Below, in pieces: positions 46,901 to 56,800 of a DNA stretch of 64,000 nt (positions are counted from its first letter, which is position 1; every line of letters starts with the position of its first letter). Below the pieces are notes generated by a model. That model made no database searches. It was not told where the DNA came from and worked only from the letters and a program-made list of their open reading frames with translations. The translations under genes and the position numbers were made by a program. Location of the stretch: IMG/VR virus record IMGVR_UViG_3300021962_000032, one strand, 5' to 3'. Source of the DNA: a virus.

Positions 46901-49900
46901 AATCTACTTCACTGCTCAACTCTAAAGATCTTGTATCTACGTTTAAATAACTTGAAGATTCTGTGTAATTATCTGGGGGTGATTGTTGTGTATATGGTAT
47001 AAGATTGAATTTTTCTACTGGCGATGCAAATGGTCCAGATTTATGATTTGGCTTACAAACTCTAAATCTAATTTTACTGGCAGTAAAATGAGGATCAGTT
47101 TCTACCGTCTCTCCAATTTCAAACCTTCCAGATATCATATCAATTTCCAATAATTTTGGAATAATATATGAACTTACATCAATACCTTCAAAAAATGAGT
47201 AAAATCTTGTTCTTGGTCTTAATCCCTTAACATCAAATTCTATATTTCTTGATCTTAAATATCTTATAGGTTCAGTAAAGTTTGAAACTGATTCTGAAAC
47301 TGAATCTTCTCCTACTGTTATATCTGGTGGTATAGTAGTTGTTGTTGTATTGCTGACTGTCTGAACTGATGTGGTTGTTGAAGAATCTGTAGTGGTTGTT
47401 GTAAAGTTTGGAGAAAATTCCAAGAAAATTGCTTGATTTACTCCACTACTTTGAACTTGAGTGATGTAACTATTTGCAATATCTTCTGGCAATACGGACC
47501 TTAAATAATTTTGGTCTGCAGAATCCAATCTTTTCCTAAATGCCCTGAATCTAACAACTCTTCTTCCATTGGATGTGACAATTGAACTATTTAAAGCACT
47601 ACTATTTCTTGTTCTAAAACTATTCCACCATAAATTTAAAGATGCAACACTTGATCGATTAGTTATCCAAATATTATTTGCTACTCCAGTTCTAGTGTTG
47701 ACGTTTTCTCTAAAAACTACCTTATTTTCTACAACGTCATTTGTTGTTGATATATTAATATCAGGAAGAGCATTTAATATATTATATTTTTCATTGGATA
47801 ATCTATTAACAACCTCCCTTTCTTCTACCCAAGAATCAAGTGGTGGACGCAATTCAATTGTTCCAGTCCAGTACTTCACTAAGAATGGAGTAACACTTTC
47901 AGTTCTTGTTGCATAGGGTTGTTCAAAATATAATACATCCGAATAATTTAATGTGATCAAATCTCCGGTTTTTCTAACATTAATTGACCCCAAATTTGTA
48001 ACAAAATCATGATCTTTTGATTGATCGAACTCATTTGAAATTCCTAATATAACTTCAGACCCCAACTGCATATCTAACGCAGTTGTATAATGAGTTGGTC
48101 TTAATGTTTTTAATTTTGTATCTATTGATACTTTATTATTTGGGTCTGAAAAATCTTGCAAATCCGTATTAATAAAGCTATCGGCAAAAAATCCACATTT
48201 AAATCTATCTAATCCTGTTTCTGCGTCTTTTAACGTTAAGTTTTCAGTTTGAGTTTCTAATGAATTTAAAATAGTATACTCTTCAAGTTTTCTTATTCTA
48301 TCTTCTAATGAAGATATATCTTTCATAGTATATTTTTTATGTTTTGTGACATCAACTTCAATGCTATTGATATTAAAAATATATGGAGGAAGATTAATAG
48401 TTGCTACATCTAAACAATTATCTGATAAAGACGGGGCTAATGGTAAAGTTGATGGTACTCCTTGAATTACTTCAAATGAACCATTTGGCTTTAAACATAT
48501 TTTATCGATTCTTCCAAGATAATGCTTATAACATACTTGTAAATTTTCTCCTGGAGCTAAGATATATTTTGAATATTGACCATCTCCAGTAAAGTTTCTC
48601 TGATTAAATTCAAAAGGTGAATATTGATTTAAAGTATATGGAGAAACTCTAGGTCTTATATCAATGTAATCCGATACTCTTGAAGAGTCGAATGTTGGAA
48701 TATCATGCTTAAATCCTGATGTTGAATAACTATTGATTGTAAAAATTTCTCCAGTATCTGAAGAATCAACTGTGTAATTTTGAAATACTACTTTAATTTT
48801 TCTTTCTGGTTCGTTTGAATTTTTCTTTTTAATTATTCTTGAATAATCATAATAAGTGCTTCTTTGACCATTATCAAATGAATAATTTTGAGTGATATTT
48901 TTATCAGATTGAAAAATATCAAGTACACCCATCAACTTATTCGATTCTTTAAATACAACATTTTCACCATTTTGCAAAGGAAAAGAATTTAAATAAACAT
49001 ATTCAATTAAATCTGTTCCTATTTTTTTAACGACCAATCCAACAAATCCAGATTGTTCTCCTACAAATTGCTCTCCTACAATAATGTCTGAAGTATTCTG
49101 ATTGACTTGAATTCTTGGCAATTGTGGATCATTTGTGCTTGTAGATTCATATATTGCTAAAACACGTATTGCATCTGGCACATTTAATGAAATTTCTTTA
49201 TCTTGAACTCTAGTTCCATAAACTCTACTATAAGTCAATCCATCATCTTTTGTGCCATCACCCGTACCAGAATAATCATATTTTGAATTTGATACAGTTA
49301 AAGTTGATACTCTATTTAATTTTTTAATTTTTGAATTTGGTTTGTAGTTAATTACGGTAACTATTACATCAGCAAATCCACTTGAAGATGGAGAATTTGT
49401 CAGGTCTACAAAAGTAACTCGTTTTCCATTATTACTTACATTAAATTTATCAAATCTAATAATTTCTTTTTTCCCATTAGAATATGTAATTACATACCTA
49501 TCTTCATCGAAAGATGCAAAATAAACATCAGTATCTTCTGGATTAATGTCAACATTTAATGTTCGATTGCTAAATGCAACATTAGTAAATAATCGTCTTT
49601 GAGTTAAGGTATTATTTTCCAAGTCCAAAGATGCTACGTTTGGATAGGATAATCTTGTCATAAAACTTTCACTATTTCTAGATCCATAGACAGATGGTGA
49701 AATTTTAATTATATTCGTTGAATCATAATAATCAGATGGATTTGATATATTTGTATATAAAGCACCATCAGCAACTCCAGAAACAGTTGAAATTGCTACA
49801 ACTTCAATTTCTTTTCCGTTAACATTGACCTTAGAAACTTTATTATAAGTTGGTAGAGTATTAGAAACTTTAAATGGATTGCTATATGAAATAATGTCGC

Positions 49901-52280
49901 CTTCCTTCAAAAATTCTGCAAAATTAAAAAATGTTGAAGAGCTAATTGTTGAAACGCCACTTAGTCCATTTGTGATTCTAAAAATAGTTCCAGGAGGAGC
50001 TATTGATGTTACTTTTGCAAGTTCTAAATCAGCCGCAAATGTAGAAATTCCAACAACAGAATCTGAATATATTGATTTTATATCTGAAATTGAATAATCT
50101 ACAACTTCCTTTAAAATTCTTGAATCATTATCCAATCCATTAAAGGTTAATAATTCTCCTTTTGTAAATCTTCCAGAAACCTGATACAACCTTATTGTTG
50201 ATATACCAAGAGTTGCATCTCCATTAACTGCAGAAACGGGACCATTATAATAATTTAAAGCAGTTACTCCATTTAACCTAAAAGTATTTCCGCTTAAATT
50301 TGTTACAATAAAATTGTTATTGAACTTGATATTACTTGTATTTTCAATGTAAACTTCATCTCCAGTTTTAAAGGGATGTCCAGTTGAATTTACAGTGACT
50401 TGTGCTGTTGAATTTGTAAAGTTTCCCAATCCAATTATTGTACTTGGATCTTCAGGTGCTACTCCACCGGGCAATTGAACTGTAAATGCCGTTCCATTTG
50501 GAACAGTTGATGTGGTTGCTATTCCAAGAGAGACATCAAAATATGGAACGACTACACCAGTTGTTGAAAGTACAGTAAATGTTCCATTATTTTGATAATC
50601 TAATAATTCTTGCCCAGTGCCACTTATAAAAACTTTATCATTTACGTTAAGTCCATGTGCTACTTGACTAGCAGTAATAATAGTTGCTATTCCGGACAAT
50701 GACTCCTGATCAAAATATATTGTTCCTATTCCGGTTGTTGGAAAGGTGATCGAATCTATTTCATTATCTAAAGAATAATCTAAAGAGTAACCAGAAGCGT
50801 TTGATTTCTTGCCCTCAATATAAGTTGGTCTTTTTATTGCCGCACTTTTAGTAAATGTTAATGTAGTATATGTTTGTATATCATATAATCTCAAATGCAT
50901 CCTACTGGATTCATTTTCATAATTACTTTCTGGAATATAATCATATACTCTTGCAACTCCAATTGTAGTTCCAGTAGCAACTTTATTCGTTGATAATCTT
51001 GAATCCAATAAACTAACAGTAGTATCTGTTCCCAATCCAATATATGGAGATCCCAGAGTGTTATTTAAAACAAATAAATTTCCAGCATTATAAGGCAATA
51101 ATTCTTTAATACACTCATTAGTTGTTCTTGGTTTTGGCGCATCTAATAATCTGGCCGAAGTTGTTTCTACCTCATAACCATTAACGTAAGCTTTTCCTGG
51201 TCCTATTTGATATACAAGATTATCTTCTGATGGGGTGTTGCCTAAAACTGTGGTTTGATTTTCAAAATATATTCCATCGGTCAAAACTCTATCATTTAAA
51301 CTATCTCTAGCATAAACAGTAAATGGTTTTATATAAAAATCTCCACTTGAATCCGCTAAACTTTTTGCTACTTCATTTTTAACTACATTATATGGCTTTG
51401 TTTCATTCTTAATTGGAAATTCTGGAACTCCATTTGTAACTCTCATCAATTCTACAAAGTTATCAATTTCTACTTGATTGATATCTTTTTTACTTAGAAT
51501 TAATTCAATTTTAAATCTATCTGCTCCAGGTGAAGTGTAATTTGAAAAACTTCTTGCATTGTCATATAAAGAATCGTCTTCATCCGCAGTTACAACTCTC
51601 TCTAATATATCAAATCCAATTTTATATGAAGGAGAAGATCCATATTGATCTAGAATTAAAGTTTGATTTTTTATATTTGCAAAAATTCCACGAACAAACG
51701 CAGTACCTTCACTTATTGAAACTGCCGAACCTTCTGATGAAGAATTTACTGGCAATGTATTTGCAAATCCTTGATTTTTTTGAACGGTAAATCGTAAATT
51801 TTCACCATATGAAATAGTATCTAGTAATATTAAAATTTCTCCGTCTTGAAATCTTTTTATATCAAAATTATCTCCACCACTTTCTAAGTATTTGACATAT
51901 AAAGTATAATTTTTTCTTTCAGATTCTTCGTTGTTAAGTATTTGAATTATTTCTGCTGTTACTCCACTTTGAGATCCTTTTATCTTTTTAAATCTCAATG
52001 AATTAAAATATAAAGATATCGGCAATCCATTAAATGTTGGTTCAATTTCAACCGCATAAATTGGATTTTCATAAGCTAAAGTTCCAGGAATTACTATTTC
52101 ACCATCCTTAAAAAATTTTTTACCCAGTTGCTCAACTTGATTTTGTAATATTGATTGCGATGTAGTTAATTCTCTAGCTTGAACTGGTAATCCAGGCTTA
52201 AAAAGAACTCTATAATACTCTTTATCTTTATCAAAATCATCAAAATAAGGAGATACGTTGAAATTAGTTTCCTGTGGCAT
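43923..52280 (-). CDS. Large baseplate-associated structural protein (VrlC/DUF4815-like)
   Basis: 2785 aa; PYFDDFD, VLFKPG..VQARELT..QSILQNQ, PGADRFKI, DPLAQSF; position after g8. Confidence 0.88.
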   Translation of the reverse strand: MPQETNFNVSPYFDDFDKDKEYYRVLFKPGLPVQARELTTSQSILQNQVEQLGKKFFKDGEIVIPGTLAYENPIYAVEIEPTFNGLPISLYFNSLRFKKIKGSQSGVTAEIIQILNNEESERKNYTLYVKYLESGGDNFDIKRFQDGEILILLDTISYGENLRFTVQKNQGFANTLPVNSSSEGSAVSISEGTAFVRGIFANIKNQTLILDQYGSSPSYKIGFDILERVVTADEDDSLYDNARSFSNYTSPGADRFKIELILSKKDINQVEIDNFVELMRVTNGVPEFPIKNETKPYNVVKNEVAKSLADSSGDFYIKPFTVYARDSLNDRVLTDGIYFENQTTVLGNTPSEDNLVYQIGPGKAYVNGYEVETTSARLLDAPKPRTTNECIKELLPYNAGNLFVLNNTLGSPYIGLGTDTTVSLLDSRLSTNKVATGTTIGVARVYDYIPESNYENESSRMHLRLYDIQTYTTLTFTKSAAIKRPTYIEGKKSNASGYSLDYSLDNEIDSITFPTTGIGTIYFDQESLSGIATIITASQVAHGLNVNDKVFISGTGQELLDYQNNGTFTVLSTTGVVVPYFDVSLGIATTSTVPNGTAFTVQLPGGVAPEDPSTIIGLGNFTNSTAQVTVNSTGHPFKTGDEVYIENTSNIKFNNNFIVTNLSGNTFRLNGVTALNYYNGPVSAVNGDATLGISTIRLYQVSGRFTKGELLTFNGLDNDSRILKEVVDYSISDIKSIYSDSVVGISTFAADLELAKVTSIAPPGTIFRITNGLSGVSTISSSTFFNFAEFLKEGDIISYSNPFKVSNTLPTYNKVSKVNVNGKEIEVVAISTVSGVADGALYTNISNPSDYYDSTNIIKISPSVYGSRNSESFMTRLSYPNVASLDLENNTLTQRRLFTNVAFSNRTLNVDINPEDTDVYFASFDEDRYVITYSNGKKEIIRFDKFNVSNNGKRVTFVDLTNSPSSSGFADVIVTVINYKPNSKIKKLNRVSTLTVSNSKYDYSGTGDGTKDDGLTYSRVYGTRVQDKEISLNVPDAIRVLAIYESTSTNDPQLPRIQVNQNTSDIIVGEQFVGEQSGFVGLVVKKIGTDLIEYVYLNSFPLQNGENVVFKESNKLMGVLDIFQSDKNITQNYSFDNGQRSTYYDYSRIIKKKNSNEPERKIKVVFQNYTVDSSDTGEIFTINSYSTSGFKHDIPTFDSSRVSDYIDIRPRVSPYTLNQYSPFEFNQRNFTGDGQYSKYILAPGENLQVCYKHYLGRIDKICLKPNGSFEVIQGVPSTLPLAPSLSDNCLDVATINLPPYIFNINSIEVDVTKHKKYTMKDISSLEDRIRKLEEYTILNSLETQTENLTLKDAETGLDRFKCGFFADSFINTDLQDFSDPNNKVSIDTKLKTLRPTHYTTALDMQLGSEVILGISNEFDQSKDHDFVTNLGSINVRKTGDLITLNYSDVLYFEQPYATRTESVTPFLVKYWTGTIELRPPLDSWVEEREVVNRLSNEKYNILNALPDINISTTNDVVENKVVFRENVNTRTGVANNIWITNRSSVASLNLWWNSFRTRNSSALNSSIVTSNGRRVVRFRAFRKRLDSADQNYLRSVLPEDIANSYITQVQSSGVNQAIFLEFSPNFTTTTTDSSTTTSVQTVSNTTTTTIPPDITVGEDSVSESVSNFTEPIRYLRSRNIEFDVKGLRPRTRFYSFFEGIDVSSYIIPKLLEIDMISGRFEIGETVETDPHFTASKIRFRVCKPNHKSGPFASPVEKFNLIPYTQQSPPDNYTESSSYLNVDTRSLELSSEVDYYGQISVDMKIIGKTSGAVARVKTNRLISDNVGRLIGSLFIPDPKIPGNPKWINGENTFTIIDVPSLASVSSNDKNVINESSAEKDFTSTANTNVTEKTILTTRNYNITPSRNVNTTVITNTTTNTTTVTQSTTQTNFVNRWEVRDPLAQSFYVPDETGIFLTGVDVYFESVDDSIPVTLQIRTMIAGVPSNVVIPFSEVTLVPDEINVSTNGILPTRFRFSSPVYLPGPKPQEVRGAPIASEQTAEYAIVLLSNSANYRVFIAQLGENDILTNIKVGSQPTLGSLFKSQNGTTWTPSQLQDLKYKIYRADFANQGVVRYFNPVLSLKNNKVSVLGENQIQLLSKKLALKTNIEPKSNVVPGVTIYQNNRSQGKLIGIGGSISTGLGVTISSVGTGYTPASGTYTFEDKVLITETGLGSGAIADIVVTDGIISGVNIVNGGFGYQIGDSLLVPNVGQDVGFGAKVSVSNLSFKNTLFLDNITVIESDFSVGVELLYINEVGISSQVGVSTENSTFAVPTQIISDNYYDGQHLKINCLNHGMHSSQNYVRISNLRPERDSLNTKLIQPLSSNETTSINVDSTIGFEQFEGFNVDESNPGYIIIGSEVVGYTTVSNSTTLGGLSQSIQRGIDGSESQAYDSGILVYKYELNGISLRRINKVHSLLAVDEEIHPTTFNSFHVKIESGSDDFESNPIGFSRGSAINFKNTKSVGESGTLVSNNIPFELITPNFATIVPSETSLSARVRTFSGTSIDGDETSYEDQGYDDISLETTKQFDSPRLVASAVNESRLIEGSPGNRSLTIELNMTTNDSRVSPVIDDVTTSIILTSNIINAPAGVKENSTFADVEYVRGSNDEHECVYISKPISLKLPANSLKVLMKGFTNEDSDIRVLYKLIRTDSNSDVSNFELFPGYSNYQVDSLGVKRVIDPSRNDGSSDRKIVSTSEEVFDELEYTVDNLPEFNAYAIKIIMASKNQAKPPLIKSLRAIATLKPQI

Positions 52281-52286
52281 GACTTT

Positions 52287-53858
52287 TTAAAATTGCAAAA
52301 TAACTTTAATATCTTCTTTTTGATTTTGAGACCTAGTAATAGGTGGTCTATTATCAATATAAATCAAATCCCCAGAAAATTTTTCTACTTCGGGATTTGC
52401 TAACCCATTTACAAAAGATTGTCCAAGATAGTATGTTCTATTATTTATTGTAGTAGTTATACCCGGATTTATTGCGGTTCCAAATTGAACATCTATTGGT
52501 GCGGCATCTCCACTTTCACTTACAATATCAAGATTTCCCCCAATACTTGGAGATGATGTAAATTTTAAGACAGTATAACCATAAGTTGATGATATTTGTG
52601 ATCCATCATAATCATATCCATAACTGGACCTGTCTTGCCAATATTTTAATATGCCTGTAGTTTTATCATATGATATAACCCTTCCAACAGCTGTAGAACC
52701 CAATCCAACAGTTTGGAAAATATTACTATCCGCTGAAAATGAGATGTCTTGAAATCCAGTTCCTATTTTAATGGAGGATACGGCACTTGCTTTATCTTTG
52801 GTTAAAATTTCATTTGTCCCATAAAATTTTGGATTTGCAAGTATTCCAATTTGAGATATTTCATTTCCAATTATAAAATCTGGGTCTTGTACGTCATTTT
52901 CAAATCTTGAATATATTAATAAATTAGTAGCTCCAAGCTCTCTATAAATATCGAAACCATGTCCACCTTTGGGAGGAATAACAACTTCAAATTGTGGCAA
53001 TCTTGTTACTCCAGTTGTAGGAAAGGAGCTATTTTCAAGATCAATACTTGCAAATGAATATCCTTTTCCTCCATTTGCAATTGTTATACTTTCTATTCTT
53101 GAATCATTATTGACTATGATAGTTGCTTCCGCACCGTTTCCATCACCTTTTATTGGTATTCTATTATATACTTGATTTGGAATTCCTAATCCTTCTCCTC
53201 TATCTTTAATTACTATAGTTTTTAATTGACCACTTTCAGAAGCATTCTCTCTAATTGTTGCAACATCAACATTTGTACTCCAATCTCTAGGTACGGGAAT
53301 ATATTGTGTGGATTCAAATTTTATAACATCTGCTGGTGATATTGTATACAAATATTTCCAAATATATCCATCATCACTATTTCCAGCAGTTCTTGGCTCT
53401 AAATCTGTAAATCTTGGCTCATCCAAAGATGGTTTTCCGTTTGGATTTTCTGGATTTTCTCCATTCTCTAAACAAATATAAACTCTATAGTCACTTGTTA
53501 CAACATAATAATTTGAAGCATATAAACTTGTAGATGAAGATTGATTTGATAAATTATCTCTATCTATATTATTTCTGTACCTATCGTATATTACACCAGA
53601 AATCCAATCTATTTTTCTTACAACTTGTTTGACATCACTACTATTAATTCTTTTCAATGATATCATATTATCCCAAGTCAAATTTTCTTGGTCAAAACTA
53701 TCTTTTGGCGATGGTGGGTTAACATCCCAATTAGGATCATAATCAAATGGATTTGCCAATCCAACAAAAGTATAATATGAGTTTGAAGGATTAATTATAT
53801 CCGACAAAAAATTCTTTGCATTCAATATTCTTAATTGATCAGTAATAATTGCTGCCAT
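52287..53858 (-). CDS. gp8: Baseplate wedge protein gp8
   Basis: MAAIITDQ.RILNA, YYV.TSDYRVY.CL, DGYIWKYLY, IYIDNR..ITRS.NQKEDIK. Confidence 0.93.
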   Translation of the reverse strand: MAAIITDQLRILNAKNFLSDIINPSNSYYTFVGLANPFDYDPNWDVNPPSPKDSFDQENLTWDNMISLKRINSSDVKQVVRKIDWISGVIYDRYRNNIDRDNLSNQSSSTSLYASNYYVVTSDYRVYICLENGENPENPNGKPSLDEPRFTDLEPRTAGNSDDGYIWKYLYTISPADVIKFESTQYIPVPRDWSTNVDVATIRENASESGQLKTIVIKDRGEGLGIPNQVYNRIPIKGDGNGAEATIIVNNDSRIESITIANGGKGYSFASIDLENSSFPTTGVTRLPQFEVVIPPKGGHGFDIYRELGATNLLIYSRFENDVQDPDFIIGNEISQIGILANPKFYGTNEILTKDKASAVSSIKIGTGFQDISFSADSNIFQTVGLGSTAVGRVISYDKTTGILKYWQDRSSYGYDYDGSQISSTYGYTVLKFTSSPSIGGNLDIVSESGDAAPIDVQFGTAINPGITTTINNRTYYLGQSFVNGLANPEVEKFSGDLIYIDNRPPITRSQNQKEDIKVILQF

Positions 53859-53876
53859 TGGTATTGTTTTTATATG

Positions 53877-53883
53877 TATTTAT
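53877..53883 (-). promoter_or_regulatory. Late promoter ATAAATA (g8)
   Basis: Motif just upstream of the ATG. Confidence 0.6.
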
Positions 53884-56800
53884 TAATTATTTTGAGTGTA
53901 TCCTAATGCCTTTAATTTATTTTCTCTAATAACTGTTGCGGATGTTGAAAGACCTAAAATTCCATTCTTATAATAATTAAATTGCTTTAGTTGAGTTCTC
54001 TTTAAATCACTTATCCTTCCCCATGAAAAATCACCAATATATTGTCCATATATATAACCCGAATTTCCACCAATTGTTCCTATATTTCCTCCACTAGCAA
54101 TGTCTAGACCGTTATATGAAGCAACAGGAACAACAACCCTTACAATTTCTGTTCTTCCGAGACCAACTGATAATCCTGGAACTTCAGTAATTGCTACTCC
54201 AACAGATTCTACATTATATATTCCATCCAAATAAGAACTACCAACTGAAATTACACTACTATCATTGACATCTAGAGAAGATACTCCAAAGACAGAATTT
54301 CCAATATTACTATTACTTATTTTAAAGTAATATCCTGGAAGTATTCCACTTTTATCAATTGGAATTCCATATGCAGATTCTCTAAGATATGAATTTTCTG
54401 GAATATATAATTCAAATACAAAATTTGTATTAAATCCAACTGTTGATGTTGTTCCTATTCCAGTTACCCATCCAAAATCCCCCTCATAATTGACTTGATT
54501 AATTTTTTCATATGCTATTGTTGGAGGACCAACATGAACTTTGGTAATATCAGTTGTTGTATATCCATATCCAGGATTATTTAATTGAACTGAAGAAATG
54601 GATCCAAATGAATCAATAGAGCATGTTATTTCTGCTCGATTATTTGTTGTAGTTCCAATTCCTGTAAATGATGGGTATGATACTGTTATATCAGGTGGAT
54701 CGGAGTATCCGAGTCCTTTATCTATTATATTTACTGAAGAGATTCTTAAATTATTTCCTATAGAAATAGATACCTCGGCTTGTCTTATGGCATCATTTGA
54801 AACAATAACAATATTTCTTTGGGAATTTTTTAAAATTCCAATTGGTTCATATTCGTCGTCACTATCAAAAAATATTTTTACATTCTCCACAAATATTGAT
54901 TCGGTACTTCCTATTCCAACACTTTTAATAATTTGTGTTTTGGGATATATTTCTGGCTCGTAAATTTCTCTCGATTTTCCTACAACATTTCCGTCAATAA
55001 TTTTATCATACAATTGCTTACACCATGTAACAGGTCTTTGTAAGTTTGGATCGTTAGTAACACCAGTGTTTTGATAGACATTTGTTTCAACAATATCAGT
55101 GGCGATTATATCTGTCACTGTTCTTGATGTTTGCTGCAAAGAAAGTAAATTTGAATTTAATGTTATATTGTCTCCTATTTTTATAGTTTCAAGTATATCA
55201 ACATTTCTTGTGTCAACTTCCTTAGTTCCGTAATAAAAAAGAATTACACATTTATCTCCTTGCTTTGGAGGTTCTAAAAATGTTATAATACTTCCTCCAC
55301 TAAAAGTATATGATTGATTCGGTACTTGGTAAATATCATTTATGAATACAATTAAATTATATTCAAGTTCTAAAGTGGATCCCGGTCTTGCTCGTAATGT
55401 TGTTTGTAGTCCTCCCAACTTTAATGGAAACTCAACTCTCTTCCCATTAAATAATCTATCGAAACTATCAAAGACAACTAATTCACCAAAAACATAACCA
55501 GAGAATGAATCGGTAAATGTTTGGTCAATTGTTACCTGGAATTCATCAAAGGAAGAATTTCTCTCAAGATCAAAAACTGACACAACTCCAGATGTACCTA
55601 TTCCCGTAGTAGTAAATGAATCATATTGAGAACCAACAACCAATGATGTTCCGTTTGAAGGTAACTTAACGGAAGTTCCAAAATTATCATTTAAATTTTT
55701 AGCATAAATTCCAGTTTGTATGCCGATGTTTACATAATCTGATCCAAGATAATTCTCAGTAATACGTTCATATAGATAAACAATTCCACTTGAATCTTCA
55801 ACTCCTGGATATTCATCTTCCTTTGTTCCAATGGCTATTAATTTACCATCACTTGTCATAGAAATTGAAGATCCAAAAGCATCGTCAACATTATTTGCAT
55901 ACAGACCATTAAGTATTTGTATGATATAGTACTGATTTTCAATTTTTTCATAAACATATACAGTTCCGGATCTTGCCCCACCTATACCACTATTATCATT
56001 AACTGCGCCAATAGCCAATATTTTCCCATCGTCATTAATTTCAACAGAATATCCAAATAATGTCGTTTGAACTATATTATTTGGATTTGGTCCTGTTATT
56101 ATCCCAACTTGAGTCCAATTTGATGATATATTTTGATATACGTACACTACTCCCTGAGATTCATCATTTGGTGCCCCACATATCAAAAATTCACCATTAG
56201 AACTCAATGCAATTGAACTACCAAAGTTATCTCCACTGTTATAAGCATAAAGTCCGGTTATAATTCCTACAGTATTAAACCCAATTGTTGGACTATTTTG
56301 TCTTTCGTAAACATATACGACTCCACTAGATGTACTTGCATTTAAACTTGGATCTTCATCTCCAATAGCAGAAACTGCTATTATATTTCCATCATAACTT
56401 GTATCAACCTGCCATCCAAATGTATCAAATGCCCCAAATGCATAAGCACCTGTAATAATTCCCACATTTGTGAATGTAGGTCCTGAGGATCTATCAAAAA
56501 CATATACAAGACCACTTGATCCTGGGTTGCCAGGATACTCATCATATGGAGCTCCGACAATAATTTTTGTTCCATCCCCACTTATAGCAACAGAATATCC
56601 AAAATTATCATCAGCATTTGACGCATACAATCCAGTTAAAATTCCAACTTGACTATATCCAATTCCAACTTTGTCAAATAGATAAACTAATCCAGATGAA
56701 GATCCTGAGTTTGGATCCTCATCATATGGTGAACCAACAACTATAAAATTCCCATCATCACTTGTCGATACTGAAAAACCAAATCGATCATTAAATGTCG